From positions 3,787 through 64,516 of the forward strand of contig WELA01003501.1 in the NCBI GenBank assembly GCA_009602735.1: a stretch of DNA of 60,730 nt, read 5' to 3'. This document shows, piece by piece, positions 11,205 to 24,278 of this stretch. The position numbers and the translations under genes are program-made. Under the pieces are notes generated by a model that saw only the letters and a list, made by a program, of their open reading frames with translations, was not told where the DNA came from and did not search any database. Within the stretch, counting starts at the first letter, position 1. The number at the start of each line of letters is the position of its first letter. Source of the DNA: Mesotaenium endlicherianum. Lineage: Eukaryota.

Positions 11205-14200
11205 CTATGACCTTACATCATCCCCCTCCTCAAGATGCGACGTCCTCGACGCATTCTGTAGGTAACGCCTCAACTTACTCTCACAATGAGTCAAGTTGGC
11301 CTCTGGCTCCCAAGTGTTGTTGTCCGCAGGGTAGCCTTTCCACTTGACCAGATACTCTTGGACAAATCGTTGACCTCGCTTGACTCGTCGATCGCCGACA
11401 ATCGCCTCCACTTCATATTCCAATACATCATCGATCTCGACCGGTGGTGGCGGTGTAGGTAGTCGTCCTGGATGTCCTTCATTTGGGTCAACGTATGGCC
11501 GCAGACAACTGACATGGAACACATCATGGATACGCCAGCCTGAAGGAAGTTCCAACATGTAGGCCACTGGATTCACCTGCTTGAGCACTACAAAGGGACC
11601 TGTAAACCGTGCCCGCAGTTTCCTCTTGCCTGTGAAAGGTAGGTTCTCTGTGGACAAGAGTACTTTGTCGCCCACATGGAATGTCACTTCCCTCCTGTGC
11701 TTGCTAGCATGCTTGACCTGCTCTTCTTGTGCCTTCCAAATACACGTCTTCGCCATATCCCAAGTCTTGGCCATCTGCTCCATAAAAGCTTGTGTAGTAG
11801 GAACCTGAGTCTTCCTGGCCTTCTCCAACAAGATGTTCCCTGGATGATATACTTCTCTCCCATAAACCATAGCGAATGGTGACTGCTTGGTCGATCCCTG
11901 CATGCTGTTGTTGTAGGCAAACTCCAGTCCTGGTAACTCCCACTCTGAAGGGTCCCCCATAGTGAAACTCCTGAGCACCTCTTGCAGAGTTCTGTTGAGC
12001 CTCTCACTCTGCCCATCTGTCTAAGGGTGATAGGAAGTGCTCATACTCAGCTTGGTCCCCATCAAAGTAAACAATGACCGCCAAAAGTTGCTAGTAAACC
12101 TTGGATCTCGATCTGAAACAATCACCTTCGGCAACCCATGTAGCCTGAAAATATGATCAAAGAATAGCCGTGCCACATCTGCTGCCGTAGAAGTCTCCTT
12201 CACGGGAATGAAGTGAGCCATCTTGCTGAGTCTGTCAGACACAACCCATACTGCATCGTGCCCTTGACCACTGACTGGTAACGATGTGATGAAGTCCATA
12301 GCAATCTGCTCCCAAGGATACTCTGGAATAGGCAGGCGCTGCAATGTACCTCCCTTCTTTTGATTTGGTGTCTTGTTTCTCTGGCACGCATCGCAACTCC
12401 TGATCCACTCCTCGATGTCCTTGTCCATATTTCTCCAGTAGTATTCCCGCTTCAGCACGCTTGCCGTCTTCTCGCTTCCAAAGTGTCCAGCATATAAGCA
12501 GTCATGATGCTCCGCAAGTAGTAAGTCTCGTAGCTCCTTGATGTCAGGTACCACCACTCTCTTGGAATCACCATAATACCATATGCCGTCCTTCTTCTGC
12601 ATACTCGCGTTGAACTCCGCTGCTCCACCATCAGCAAACTGTGGGTCCTCCTCATAACCTCTTTGAAGCTTCTCCTTGAAGTCCATATTCTCCTTGATGA
12701 CTGAGACAGCTGCAAGGTCACACCTCCTGGATAAAGCGTCTGCAGGGTTGATCTTCCCAGGTAAGTACTCAATCTTGTGGTCGAACTGTTGCAGAAACTC
12801 CATCCACCTTGCTTGTCTTGGTGTCAACGTTGGCTGCGTCATAAACTTCTCCAAGCTCTTGTGGTCGGTCTTGATGAACACCTTCCGGCCGTCCACATAA
12901 CATCGCCAAATCCTCAAAGCCTGGATAATAGCCAACATCTCCCGCTCGTGTGCTGCATAGTTTTGCTCAGCAGGACTCAACTTCCTGCTCTCATATGCCA
13001 CAGGCTGCAATCCTTTGCCCTGGTCCTGGAGAAGAATGGCTCCCACTGCAAAGTTTGATGCGTCCGTGATGATGGTGAAAGGAAGCTCTGGACTTGCAAT
13101 TGCCAACACAGGTGCCTGTGTCATCAGCTCCTTAATCTTCTCGAAGGCTTGCTGCTCCTTGTCGCCCCATAGCCACTTCTCTTGCTTCTTCAACATGTCC
13201 GTGAGCGGCGCACACACCTTGGCAAATCCTTCAATGAAACGTCGATAATAATTCGCCATGCCGAGGAAACTCCTAAGTTGATGAATATCAGCAGGTACCG
13301 GCCAATCTCTGACTGACTGCTTGCACCTTCTTCTGCTCCACCTTGACTCCTTCAGCTCCCACTATGTGTCCAAGAAACTCGACCTCCTTGAGACAGAAGT
13401 CGCACTTGCTCATCTTCCCATACAGCTTTTGATCTCTCAAGACCTCCAACACCTTCCTCAGATGCCCCACATGCTCCTCCAAGGTCTTCGAATAGATCAG
13501 GATGTCGTCCAAAACTACCACCACAAACTGGTCCAAATAGAGTCTGAAGATACTATTCATGAGTTCCATAAATGTAGCAGGTGCATTGGTCAATCCAAAA
13601 GGCATGATTGTGAACTCGAACAAACCACAGCGAGTTCTGAAAGCAGTCTTCTGAACGTCTCCTTCCGCAATCCGTACCTGGTGATAGCCACTCCTCAAAT
13701 CGATCTTCGAGAAATACTTCGCCCCGACAAGCCTGTCAATCAACTCGTCCACTCGTGGAAGTGGGTACCTGTTCTTGATGGTGACCTTGTTGAGTGCCCG
13801 GTAGTCGACACACATCCTCATAGTCCCATCCTTCTTCTTCACAAATAAGACTGGCGCTGCAAATGGAGACTCGCTGGGTCAGATGAATCCCTTCTCCAAC
13901 AACTCTGTCAGCTGCTTCTTTAACTCATCCAACTCCGCAAACGATTGTCGATAGGCGGGTCTCACTGGTGGCTTGCTCCCTGGTTCCAACTCAATCATGT
14001 GCTCCGTAGCTCTCTGTGGAGGTAATCCTGTAGGTAGTTCCTCAGGAAATACGCACTTGAACTCCTCCAACAGCGCCTTAATTTGGGCAGGCATCTCAGC
14101 AGGCTCCTTCTCTTGAGCAGTTGGGCTCTGCTCCTTCTGAGCAAGGGGATCAGACACCACTACTTGCTCCTCCGGCGATGTACATTCGCCCAGGCTGTTA

Positions 14201-14823
14201 GGATTCACGCTTGCTCCATCTGATGACCTGGCCAGGGCCACCGAAACAAGGTACATCTCCTTCACCTGATTCGCCCTGCATAGCTTCTTAACTTGCAGGC
14301 TCGACAGAAGACAGTTACTTGTGGTCGTATCTACCTCCACCTGTTTCGCTGTCTCCATTCGACCATCACGCCCTTGGACTTTCACTTGTCCTGTGCTCCA
14401 GTGCACTTGAGGGTTGGCTTTTCTTAGCCATGGTCGGCCCAATATCACCTCATGGTGACCCAACTCTGCCTGCTCCATAACTTCCTTACTCCGGTGCCCC
14501 GCTACTTCCACGTGAATAGCTTCCGTAGGTGCACCACACTTGAGTCTCTGCCCATTTGCCAAAATTGCCTCCTTAGGCTCATAATGCTTTTGCACAGGGA
14601 TTTGCCACTCTTTCACCAACTTCTTGTGCACAAAGTTTGCACTTGCGCCACTGTCAACCATACACTTCGCATTATTGCCGTCGACCACTCCTTCCACGAT
14701 GATAGGCTTGTCAACGTCTCGTCCTTTGCTTCTCGGCAGGCTCCTGGGGATAACCTCCTTGTGAGTTCTCGTCTTCACGCCAGTAGACACCCCAGAACGA
14801 CTTACTGGCGTCCTCCTTTTTCC
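11205..14823 (-). pseudogene. pol: B2 pol (protease, RT, RNase H, integrase, chromodomain), broken by frameshifts and a stop
   Basis: ORF pieces 13879..14886 (MVDSGAS), 13288..13842 ([11 protein letters not shown]), 12021..13259 (TDASNFAVGA RNase H; H-H-C-C zinc finger; MDFIT…SDRDPRF) and 11205..11978 (GPF motif; EYEVEAIV…YLVKWKGY…NTWEP chromodomain). Confidence 0.95.
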
Positions 14824-15834
14824 TGCTGTTGAGGTTGCTTCGCCTTCACATGACAGTCTCGAGCCAGATGTCCAAGCTTGCCGCAACTATAGCAGGGTCC
14901 TCTCGGTTTGAAATTCTGCTGCCTGCGCTGGTACTGCACAAGTCCCAACTTCATGGGTACTGGACCTTGAACACTCGTGCTTGGCGCTTGAGATCCAAAG
15001 TGTCGATATCCTCCAAAGTTGTAGCTGCCCCACTGCCTCTGACTATACTTTACAGCGTCAACCATTGTTGCCAATGCCATCATTTCTCCAAGACTGGTAG
15101 GGTCCTTGAGCGCCACTTCCTTGGCCACAGTTGGCTTGAGTCCCCTCTTGAACTTGTCCATCATCTCCGACTCGTGCATGGATGGACATTGAAGCACCAG
15201 CTCGTTGAAGCGCGATACATACTCCTGAACGCTTCCTCGCTGACGAAGGCGCACCAATAGATCTCGAGCGGTAGCCTCGGGCGCAATAGGTTGAAATTGC
15301 CTCTTCAAGCCTTCAAATAGCTGATCAACAGTAGCAGGAACTCCAGACAACTGCTCTTCTCGTTCATACCAAGCTCCAGCACTCTTCTGCAGCAAAGTTA
15401 TGACAAAGGCGACTTGCCTGTCGGGCGTGAGCGCAGAATACTCCATAAACTTCTTCACTCCAAAAATCCATTGATGAACAGGCGGCGATCCACGCTCTCC
15501 AGTATAAACTTCAGGCTTAGGTGCACGCACTCCTGATGCGGGTGGAATAACTGGTTGCACCACTGGGTTAACATGAATCGGTGGCACAAACAGGTGCGGG
15601 TGCCGAACTCGTCGAAGCGGCGTTCCCCATAACAACTCGCACCATTCTCCCCACCTCCGCACGCATATTTTGTTGAAACTGGGTGTAGACTTCTCCTCCA
15701 ATTGCATTTGCCATTTGCCTTAGCATCGCCTGCATCTCTTGTTGCTCTCTGGTCATTGTTTGTGCGGCCTGCTGCCCCGCGCGCTCAACATGCTCGACAT
15801 GTTCGCCTCCTCCAACTGCCGGCTGCGACTCCAT
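14802..15834 (-). pseudogene. gag: B2 gag with CCHC knuckle (one frameshift near 15590)
   Basis: ORFs 15568..15834 and 14802..15707 join into a gag homologous to B1; [14 protein letters not shown]. Confidence 0.9.
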
Positions 15835-16794
15835 AATATAATATGCAAACTAGCCCTGCTCCGATACCAGATGAAAGGGGCAATGTGCCCTAGTGGAAGC
15901 GTAGTGACTCACGAGGAACAAAGCTAGTTGCAATCATACTCAAGAGTGCAGGGGCATATTGCTAAGAAAGCTTAGGAAAATTACTTGACATTTTGAGTGG
16001 CAAAAATTTGCTCACAAATGATGTAGGGTGAAAGGCCTTGTCATTACAAACTCGTAGGAATTTACAGAAGTGAAAACTGATAAGAAACAAAGAAGTTATG
16101 CCTATTTATAATTTTCTGCCTAAGTGCTCCCCCCTAGGAGGAAGCTACGGATTTTCTCAAGTGTTCGTCAAATCGTCCCTTCCAGAATATTCGTGAGTAA
16201 GCCAGATCAGTCTAATCTGACGTGTCGGGCCAAATTGACGTCCACATACATGCATCGACATTACTAGAATATTCTATCTTAGACGCGCTAGGCTAAACCG
16301 AAACTTCTAAGTAAATCGACCTAGTTGGCACTCCGCGTCAGCCGAACTTACGTGAAGGTTCGAGTTCATTCTAACGGGCCAGATCGCTCGACGCTGTCGG
16401 TCAATCCGACGGTCGCGCTTACCGCGGATTAAGGACAGTCGTCAACCGACCTCAAAAACTAAATAAACTTCAGAAATCCGTAACTCTCTCAATACTGGAC
16501 CAAATTCAATGAACTTTATATCAAAATAACCACAAAAATGCACTCTACATGAATGTACAATCAAAACATAATTTTATGAAACTCAAAAATGCACTTTATA
16601 AACCTATGACCTTACAACTTGCCAAAATCCAGACATACATTAACTTTCAAGAAGCCATCTCTCTTTCAAGAAGCTACCACTTGTGTTCAAAGATCCTTGT
16701 CTTGAATAGATACAGTATTATATTTCACTAAGTACTTCATCTATCTGTTTCACTACAGTGGTATCGGAGCTAGGCACTTTGGTAGCACAAGAAG

Positions 16795-18000
16795 ATGGCC
16801 GATCCTCAAGACCAACAGCAAGCTTTCGAAGGAAGCCCTTCCTCTCCAAGACACCCTCCTCCAGCGCCGATGGGAGAGCCCACTCAAGAAAATCTGCAAC
16901 AACAAGAAGCACCACAAGGAGGAGCACCGTCAAATCCCGTGGCAGCCGCTATAGCAAAGTTGACCCCACCACAAGGAGTTCCCGCAAATGAGTGGGCAGC
17001 CTTCCTAATGACCGTCCACAACCAAGTGGGCTTGGCCACCTATGAAGCAACCGTGCAAGCGTCAAGAGAAGCTATGTCTGCCATGGTTTCCCCTATTGCG
17101 AGCCATGCTCAAAATCCAGCCCCGGCTCAAGCGCCTCCACAAGAGCCAACGAGAGCAAGGAAACTCATCAAGCCCGGCAAACCCGACACTTTCAACCCCG
17201 GAAAAGGTGCCAACCTGAATTTATGGCTCTACCAAGTGGAGACGTACCTTGCATTCCTTAAAGTACCCGAGGAGGAGTACGTTCCCTTTACTGTTACCTT
17301 ACTTAGAGGAGCAGCAACATCATGGTGGCGTGACTATCAAGCGGCTATATATCAAGCTATGGCGCACCCCATGCTCGGCCAAGAGCCCCCACCATCATAT
17401 GCAAGATGGGCAGATTTTCGTGAGGCCCTCAAGAAGCAATTCATGCCCATCAATGCGGAGAAGATTGCCCGAGGAAAGCTCCACCATCTCAAGCAAACGA
17501 CGTCCGTTCAAGAGTATACATCCAGATTTCACGCCCTCACTCTTGAGATCCCCAACATGTCTCTCGAGGAGAAGATTGACCGCTACATCTTTGGCCTCAA
17601 ACCCAAGGTGGCAAAGGAAGTGGAATTACGCGACTTGACGGACTTCTCAAAGATCATTGAAGTGGCCCAAAAGGTGGATACCTTGGATTTCAAGCACTCC
17701 GTGCCTTCATCTTCACGGGTACCGACGACGCGGGTGTACGCAGCCCCTTCCACATCCGAATCTGGACCCACACCCATGGAAATCGGAGTTATTAAAAGGG
17801 ACCCCGCGGCTGCCCGGAAGAGTGGAAGACCCTCCAATGACACTTATGATGCAAGAAACCAGCAAGGAGTGAAAGCAAGACTCTCCCCGGCTGAAAAAGA
17901 AGCTCTCATGACGGCTGGACTATGCTTTTATTGCAAGGAAAAGGGCCATCGTGCACTTTCATGCCCCAAAAAGTTGTCAAAAAACGGACAGCGCCGGTAG
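16795..18000 (+). CDS. gag: Family C gag, 401 aa, intact
   Basis: ATG just after the [39 protein letters not shown]. Confidence 0.93.
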   Translation: MADPQDQQQAFEGSPSSPRHPPPAPMGEPTQENLQQQEAPQGGAPSNPVAAAIAKLTPPQGVPANEWAAFLMTVHNQVGLATYEATVQASREAMSAMVSPIASHAQNPAPAQAPPQEPTRARKLIKPGKPDTFNPGKGANLNLWLYQVETYLAFLKVPEEEYVPFTVTLLRGAATSWWRDYQAAIYQAMAHPMLGQEPPPSYARWADFREALKKQFMPINAEKIARGKLHHLKQTTSVQEYTSRFHALTLEIPNMSLEEKIDRYIFGLKPKVAKEVELRDLTDFSKIIEVAQKVDTLDFKHSVPSSSRVPTTRVYAAPSTSESGPTPMEIGVIKRDPAAARKSGRPSNDTYDARNQQGVKARLSPAEKEALMTAGLCFYCKEKGHRALSCPKKLSKNGQRR

Positions 18001-18014
18001 GCCAGGAGCCTACC
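17979..18014 (+). promoter_or_regulatory. Candidate -1 ribosomal frameshift signal of family C
   Basis: A_AAA_AAC in the gag frame at 17979-17985; stem GGTAGGC/GCCTACC at 17996-18014; pol is open in the -1 frame. Confidence 0.75.
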
Positions 18015-21000
18015 ACCCCAAGACCCACTTCACGAGAAGGCAACACGCCAAGTGAGGTGGAGACCCCCGTTGAAGACGACGTTCCAGCCCCAATGAGTTT
18101 GAGAGGTTACCTTGGAGGAGAGAAGGTCCACATCTTGGTGGATAGCGGAGCTCAAGGCAACTTCATTGCTGCAGATTTTGCCACCAAGCACGGTATTACT
18201 ATGCGAACTCTTGACCACGACGAGGAGATTATGATGCCCGATGGATTCTCCTATACTACCCCTTCCAAGAAGACGTACCCCTTGGCACTCTCTATCAAGT
18301 CCTTCAAGGATAGAGTAGTGTTCTCCCCCATGCAATTGGGCAAGTACGACGTCATCCTAGGGACGCCTTGGTTGACCAAGCACAACCCCCAAGTTGATTG
18401 GAGGACCGGTACTATCAAGATCAAGAATGACATCACTTCAAGAATCTGTATTTTGCGCGCAATCCAGAATATCCAGACCCAAGACATCCAGAAGCCGGCA
18501 CACGAGATACTATTGTCCGCCCTCCAACTCAAGAGACTTGTGAGGAAGGGACACGAGCTTCTTTTGGCCTTGATCACGCCAAAAGACATCAAGAAAGACA
18601 TCGAGAGTCAAGAAGGCAGCCCCGTTCCCAAGGAGATACAAGAAGTCTTAGAGGACTACAAAGAAGTGTTCTCCCCGGAATTGCCCAAGGGCCTACCCCC
18701 CAAAAGATTCGTAGACCACAAGATAGAGTTGGAGCCCGGAAGCAAGCCCATCTCTCGGCCTACGTTCAAAATGTCATACACGGAGCTAGACGAAGTCAAG
18801 AAGCAAATCAAGGAGCTACTGGAGCATGGCTTCATTCGACCTAGCAAGTCGCCATTTGGAGCCCCGGTGCTATTTGTCAAGAAGAAAGATGGTACCTTGA
18901 GGATGTGTGTGGACTATCGCGCCCTCAACAAGATCACCATCAAGAATCGATACCCGCTGCCGCGCATGGATGAGCTCATGGACCGGCTGGTTGGAGCCAA
19001 GTACTTCACGAAGATTGACTTACGGAGCGGCTACCACCAGATTCGCATCGCAGAACCGGACATAGAGAAGACGGCATTCAGGACAAGATATGGACATTTT
19101 GAGTTCATGGTCCTGCCATTTGGACTCACCAACGCGCCAGCAACTTTCATGACTATGATGAACACCATATTTCAGCCCATGTTGGACAGATTTGTGGTGG
19201 TATTCATCGATGACATCCTTATCTACAGCAAGACCCTTGAAGAGCATGCGAGACACTTGAAAGAAGTCCTTGAAGTATTGAAGCAAAACAAGCTATTTGC
19301 AAAGGAGTGTAAGTGCGAGTTTGCCAAACAAGAAGTGGAGTTCCTAGGTCTCCACGTGACTGCTGATGGCATCAAGATGGACCCAAGAAGACCACGGTGG
19401 TGGAGGAATGGCCAACCCCCACGACCAAGAAAGAACTCCAGTCATTCTTGGTATTTGCCAATTGGTACAAAAAATTCATCCAAGGCATCTCGCACATAGC
19501 AGCCCCCCTGACAGATCTACTCAAGAAGGACAGGCTATATACATGGACCGAGAAAGAGGAAGAGGCATTTCAAGAGTTAAAGCGAAGATTGACCACATCC
19601 CCGGTGCTCACTCTCCCAAGTCCAAACCCAGATTGGCCCTTCCACGTCATCACCGATGCATCTTCCTATGCAATAGGAGCAATCCTGCTTCAAGACCAAG
19701 GCAAGGGACTGCAGCCCATTGCCTACGAGTCAAGAAAGCTAAATCCGGCCGAGCAAAATTATACAACCACGGAGCGAGAGGCATTGGTGATTGTACATGC
19801 CTTGAAGGTTTGGCGCTGCTACGTTGAAGGACGCAAGGTACTGGTCACCACGGACCACGAGGCGTTAAAGCACCTCCAGACGCAGCCGTATCTCTCAAGG
19901 AGACAAGCAAGATGGAGCGGATACTTGCAACAATACACCATCACAATTCAGTACCAGCCCGGCAAGACAAACCCGGCTGACCCCCTCTCAAGACTACAAT
20001 AAAACGCAATGATGACATCGCTGAAGACAGATCTGGAAGCTCGATTTTCAGCCGCCTATAAAAGAGACCCTTACTACAAGAACGGAGAAGCAACCTTGGA
20101 CCCATACAAGAAGCAAGAAGGCAATTATTGGGTGAGGCAAGACACGGGCCAGAGATGTGTTCCTAATGACTTAGACCTCCGGCTCTTGCTTCTACGAGAA
20201 GCACACGACAACCCTCTTGGAGGACACTTTGGAATCCTAAGGACCACGGGCGTTCTAGCTAGGACTTATTGTTGGCCAGGCATGTCTAAGCAAGTCAAGG
20301 AGTACTGCAGGAGCTGTGACACATGCCAAAGAATCAAGCCATCATCGCAAAAGGCGGGAGGACTCCTCCAACCACTACCAATCCCCGAAAGACAATGGAC
20401 GGACATCTCAATGGACCTTATCGTGGACTTGCCCGTGACACCTCGAGGCCATAATGCAATACTCACGGTGGTGGACAGACTTACCAAGATGGCTCATTTA
20501 ATTCCCACGACGACTAAGGCTACAGCACCACAACTTGCAAGACTCATCTTTGACAACATCTTCCGACTCCATGGACTACCATCAAGAATTGTGTCGGATA
20601 GAGATCCAAGATTCACAAGCCATTTTTGGGAAAATCTCTTCAAGAACTTGGGTACATCGCTGGATATGTCCACTACCTACCACCCGCAATCAGATGGGCA
20701 AACCGAGCGTATGAATCGTACTCTAAAGACCTCTCTAAAGGCCTACGTGTCTATTTTGGAGCAAGATTGGGACATGTACTTGACCCCCCTGGAGTTTGCC
20801 TACAACAACACGATGCAGGCCTCTACCGAAGAGTCCCCATTCTTCCTCAACTATGGCTTCCATCCAACCACGTCGCTGAGCTTCACGGCTGGCCATGATG
20901 AAGTACCTGCAGCCACATATTTTATGGAGACATTAGAAGCAGCCCTTACAGCAGCGAAGAAAGCTCTACAACAGGCGCAAGATGCTCAAGNGGCGCAAGA

Positions 21001-21604
21001 TGCTCAAGCTAGAGTGGCAAACAGGTCCAGAAGAGAAATTACGTACAGAGTGGGTGACAACGTGTTACTATCATCCAAGAATATTTCTCCAAACAACAAA
21101 CCTGCCGGCAGCAAGTTCTCTCCCAAGTATTTGGGACCCTTCAAGATTATCCAGCAAGTCAACCCCGTTGCTTTCTAGCTAGAACTTCCTCAGACTATGC
21201 ACATCGACCCCGTATTCCACGCTTCCCTCTTCAAGCCATACGTGCAACCCGACATCAAGTTCCCAGGACGTGTGACAACCCCACCAGCCCCAACAATAGT
21301 GGATGATCATTTGGAGTACAAAGTGGAAGATATAGTGGCTATGAGAAATTTCAGGAGACAGCAGCAATACTTGATCAAGTGGAAAGGATATCCAGATTCG
21401 GAGAATAGTTGGGTGGCGGCGCACTACCTTGACAAAGTTCAGAGAAAGTTGAAGCGCTTCCATGCCGCCAACCCCCACCTTGGACCAGCCCCAAGTCTCT
21501 CTACTAGAAGCCCAAAGACTTCAGGGAGGCAGCCTGCCACCATCAAGAAGCAGCAGAAGACCCCTTGGAGGCAGCCTGCAAGAACAAGAAAGAGGAAAAT
21601 TTGA
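17979..21604 (+). pseudogene. pol: Family C pol (protease, RT, RNase H, integrase, chromodomain) with a frameshift near 19385 and stops at ~20000 and ~21176
   Basis: [33 protein letters not shown]…CDTC; MDLIV…SDRDPRF…ERMN; GPF; EYKVEDIV…YLIKWKGY…NSWV. Confidence 0.95.
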
Positions 21605-22373
21605 CATTAGACACTCTTCTCTTCTCGCAGTTTCTAGACAGAAAACTAAAACTGCTATTGGTGATAGGTCTCTGCATAATAAATTTTGAAAATTTACTTG
21701 GCTGTAGTCCATGAGTAGGCAATCATTTAGAGTCCAAGTTTGTTCAATTTGGAGCACTGGTGAGAGAGATATGATGCTCTAAGTAGAAGGGGGTCAGGCT
21801 GCTGGCATTGTTAGGGCAGAATATGCCTTCTGACATTGTGCCCTCTCCTGAACTTGGAATGCTCTGAAACTCAAGACTCTGGTAGAACATCTTTTAGCGC
21901 TCAATTTGAGACTTAGTTTGCAGAATTTGGAAAAGCATAGAAGGACTTATGATTCTCAGAAGTTTCTGCACAGATTTGGAGGAGTGCCTACTCTCTTAGC
22001 TCTCAACGACACTCCGGAAATTAGAATGCTTTCAAATTTGGTGACTTGGTAGAGTTCTCCGACGCGGTTTGTCTGGCACTTGAATTTTTAGATTTTAAGC
22101 AGTTTTGTGGACGCTATGAATTTTTGAATTTGTGGCAGATTCTGGGCCAACTTGTACAATTTTCTTTATCATCAAGGAGTAGGCTAGCCAATAAGGTCAC
22201 ACCACCCACGACCTTGCCTAGTCTACCTTACATGTGTAGCACCTGACTTGGCGCCTTGGACTAATCCTCTTCACATGTGTGGCATCTGACTTGAAGCTGT
22301 TGACTAGTTTGCTCCACATGTGTAAGACCTGACTTGACGCGCCGAGACGTCGCTTTTTCTGGCGGGGGGGTGA

Positions 22374-22867
22374 TGTAGTGATTTGAGTTATTATATATTA
22401 GTTTGCATATCTTTTAATGTTTTCAAATATATTTGGAGTAGTATTGTGTGGAGTCAAGTGTGAATAGGTACTCTAGTAACTTGGTTCATGTCCTTTGAAC
22501 CTTCCAAGGCATTTTCGAAGTTAGAGGAAAGACCTAGAAGAACTCCATGTGGCAAAAGTCAAATGTGCCATTTTTAGGTCAAAATGACATGTGTACATTA
22601 TTCTAGACAGAGGTGGCAAGTTTTGGGATGTGTTGGGTGCCAACACATCAACATTCACCTTCCTAGAAATTACTTATGTAGCAAGTATATAAACAAGAGC
22701 TAGAACATAGAAAGACATTGAAGAATCACTCTTGTACTTGCCAAAATCCAGACATATCAAGAAGCCATCTCTCTTTCAAGAAGCTTTCACTTGTGTTCAA
22801 AGATCCTTGTCTTGAATAGATAAAGTATCATATTTCACTAAGTACTTCATCTATTTGTTTCACTACA
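22374..22867 (+). repeat. 3' LTR of family C element (494 bp)
   Basis: Near-identical to the rejoined 5' LTR; preceded by a G-rich PPT. Confidence 0.95.
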
Positions 22868-24278
22868 CATGAGCTCCTCTTGAGCTTGCAAGTGCTATGC
22901 CCCGCCAAAGCTCCTAGACTTGCAAGTAAACATGCTTGCTAAGTTCTCAATTGTCTACTATTACTATCCTCTCCACCTTCATTGACAACCTGAAATAAAG
23001 TTGGGCACATACTCCTTTCTAGCCACCATCACCTCTATGCTAAGCCCCCCTCAAAGAAAGTGCTTAACACCAAAGAGCTTGCATCTTCAAGGAAAAATCC
23101 AGCCACGTAAACTCCAGATCTTCCTCATGCTCATATGTCTCCATACTCAAGCAAAGGATGTTCTATGCTACTTATATCACTACCAACCTTGGGCAACCTC
23201 CTTATACTACAAAGAAGACGTACAAAAATCTGGTTGCATCCAAGTTAACACTTCTTGGAGCACCTCCCACTTCCCATCTCCTCCCTCCTTCAAGAGAGTG
23301 AGATGCTAGCTTGCATCAATGTCTCCATGGCTGCCCTTAGCAACTTATAAGTCATTCTTGCTTCTCCTCTCTACCCTCTCTACACTCCTACAAGCATCAC
23401 CAACCAAAGCTCCTCCTCCAAATGAAGCAACTAGGTAGCTCCGATACCATGTGAAAGGAGGAAGGGTGCGGGGAGTGCGCCCATACACACTCACGCACCC
23501 TCACCCGCGAGTGGAAGCGCACGAGGACCTTTCCTAGTTGCATACACAAGGTGGAGTGGCCTGGTGGTATGCCACCCTTGCAAGAGTTAGAGGGCTACAT
23601 GAGAGTGGAGTGGAAAAGAACTTACTTTATTAAGAAAAGTCGTGTACAAGATAAGAAGGTTAGTGAAATGAATCGACTTACCAAATAGGCGATTAACAAT
23701 TAATAAAGATCTTTATATCAGCAAGTAATCTTTATGGTATTTCCGTTAACTAGTTAAACGGCAAAGGACAATACACTAGCAGGGAATAATACTCGTAAGT
23801 CAAATGAGAGTAAACTAGCATCAAAGATGCAAATCAGTAAACTCATACATAAGCAAGGTTAGAAGACAGTGCGTATCAATGGCTTCTCGCCTTGGATTCA
23901 GAGTTCTCTCAGTAAGCTGTACCAGAGAGTTGGCCTCGTTTACGAATGCCGAACTCGAGAGCAATGCCTAGCATATGTACATGGAATGAGTTTACTGTTC
24001 AACGGTCAGTGCGATGGCACCGCCTACCCGGGAGTTAACCACGTTGGTAGGACCTCGGTTAACCAAATCCACCGCCATCTCCCATCATCCCGAATAGCCA
24101 TCCATCATAGGGATGTCATCTGGCCATTCATCTAGCATATCGTGTTTAGGTGTATGTCAAGGCAGTTCGCTGCTACCGAGTACGGAAGTCAGCTGGCTGT
24201 CAAAGAATGGGTCAGCAAGCTGACTTATATGGACTTCAACCTGCTGCTTCCGGCTGAGTCATTAAACTGATAATTATG

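Larger units (their letters stand above)
10450..16616 (-). mobile_element. Family B Ty3/Gypsy chromovirus, copy B2, full length
   Basis: LTRs 10450-11217 and 15872-16616; perfect TSD ACTTG (10445-10449 / 16617-16621); PBS ~15855-15869; PPT 11218-11234; domain order gag-PR-RT-RH-INT-chromodomain. Confidence 0.96.
10083..22867 (+). mobile_element. Family C Ty3/Gypsy chromovirus, full length (5' LTR interrupted by B2)
   Basis: Termini TGTAGTGA...TCACTACA; perfect TSD CATGA (10078-10082 / 22868-22872). 5' LTR 10083-10449 plus 16617-16757; PBS 16759-16772; PPT 22361-22373; 3' LTR 22374-22867. Confidence 0.96.
5906..23663 (-). mobile_element. Family A non-autonomous LTR element, copy A2 (host of the MITE and of C and B2; 5' LTR cut by D1)
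   Basis: 3' LTR 5906-6604 followed by PPT (ccatccctctcctcaag). Internal region 6605-10082 plus 22868-23451. PBS 23435-23449; 5' LTR begins at 23452. No intact ORF, only decayed B-like pol traces (e.g. 9209-9457 QVEVDKTTSS…LARSSHGASV…DPLA). Confidence 0.85.

Noticed and set aside
20974..21008. AQDAQ duplication in the C integrase
   Set aside because: Duplicated 17-mer flanking an n; likely a contig-overlap artefact.
23869..24135. Recurrent short ORFs with GTAYPGVNHVGRTS in D and E LTRs
   Set aside because: Antisense to the element, variable starts and lengths; recurrence is explained by the conserved nucleotide motif.
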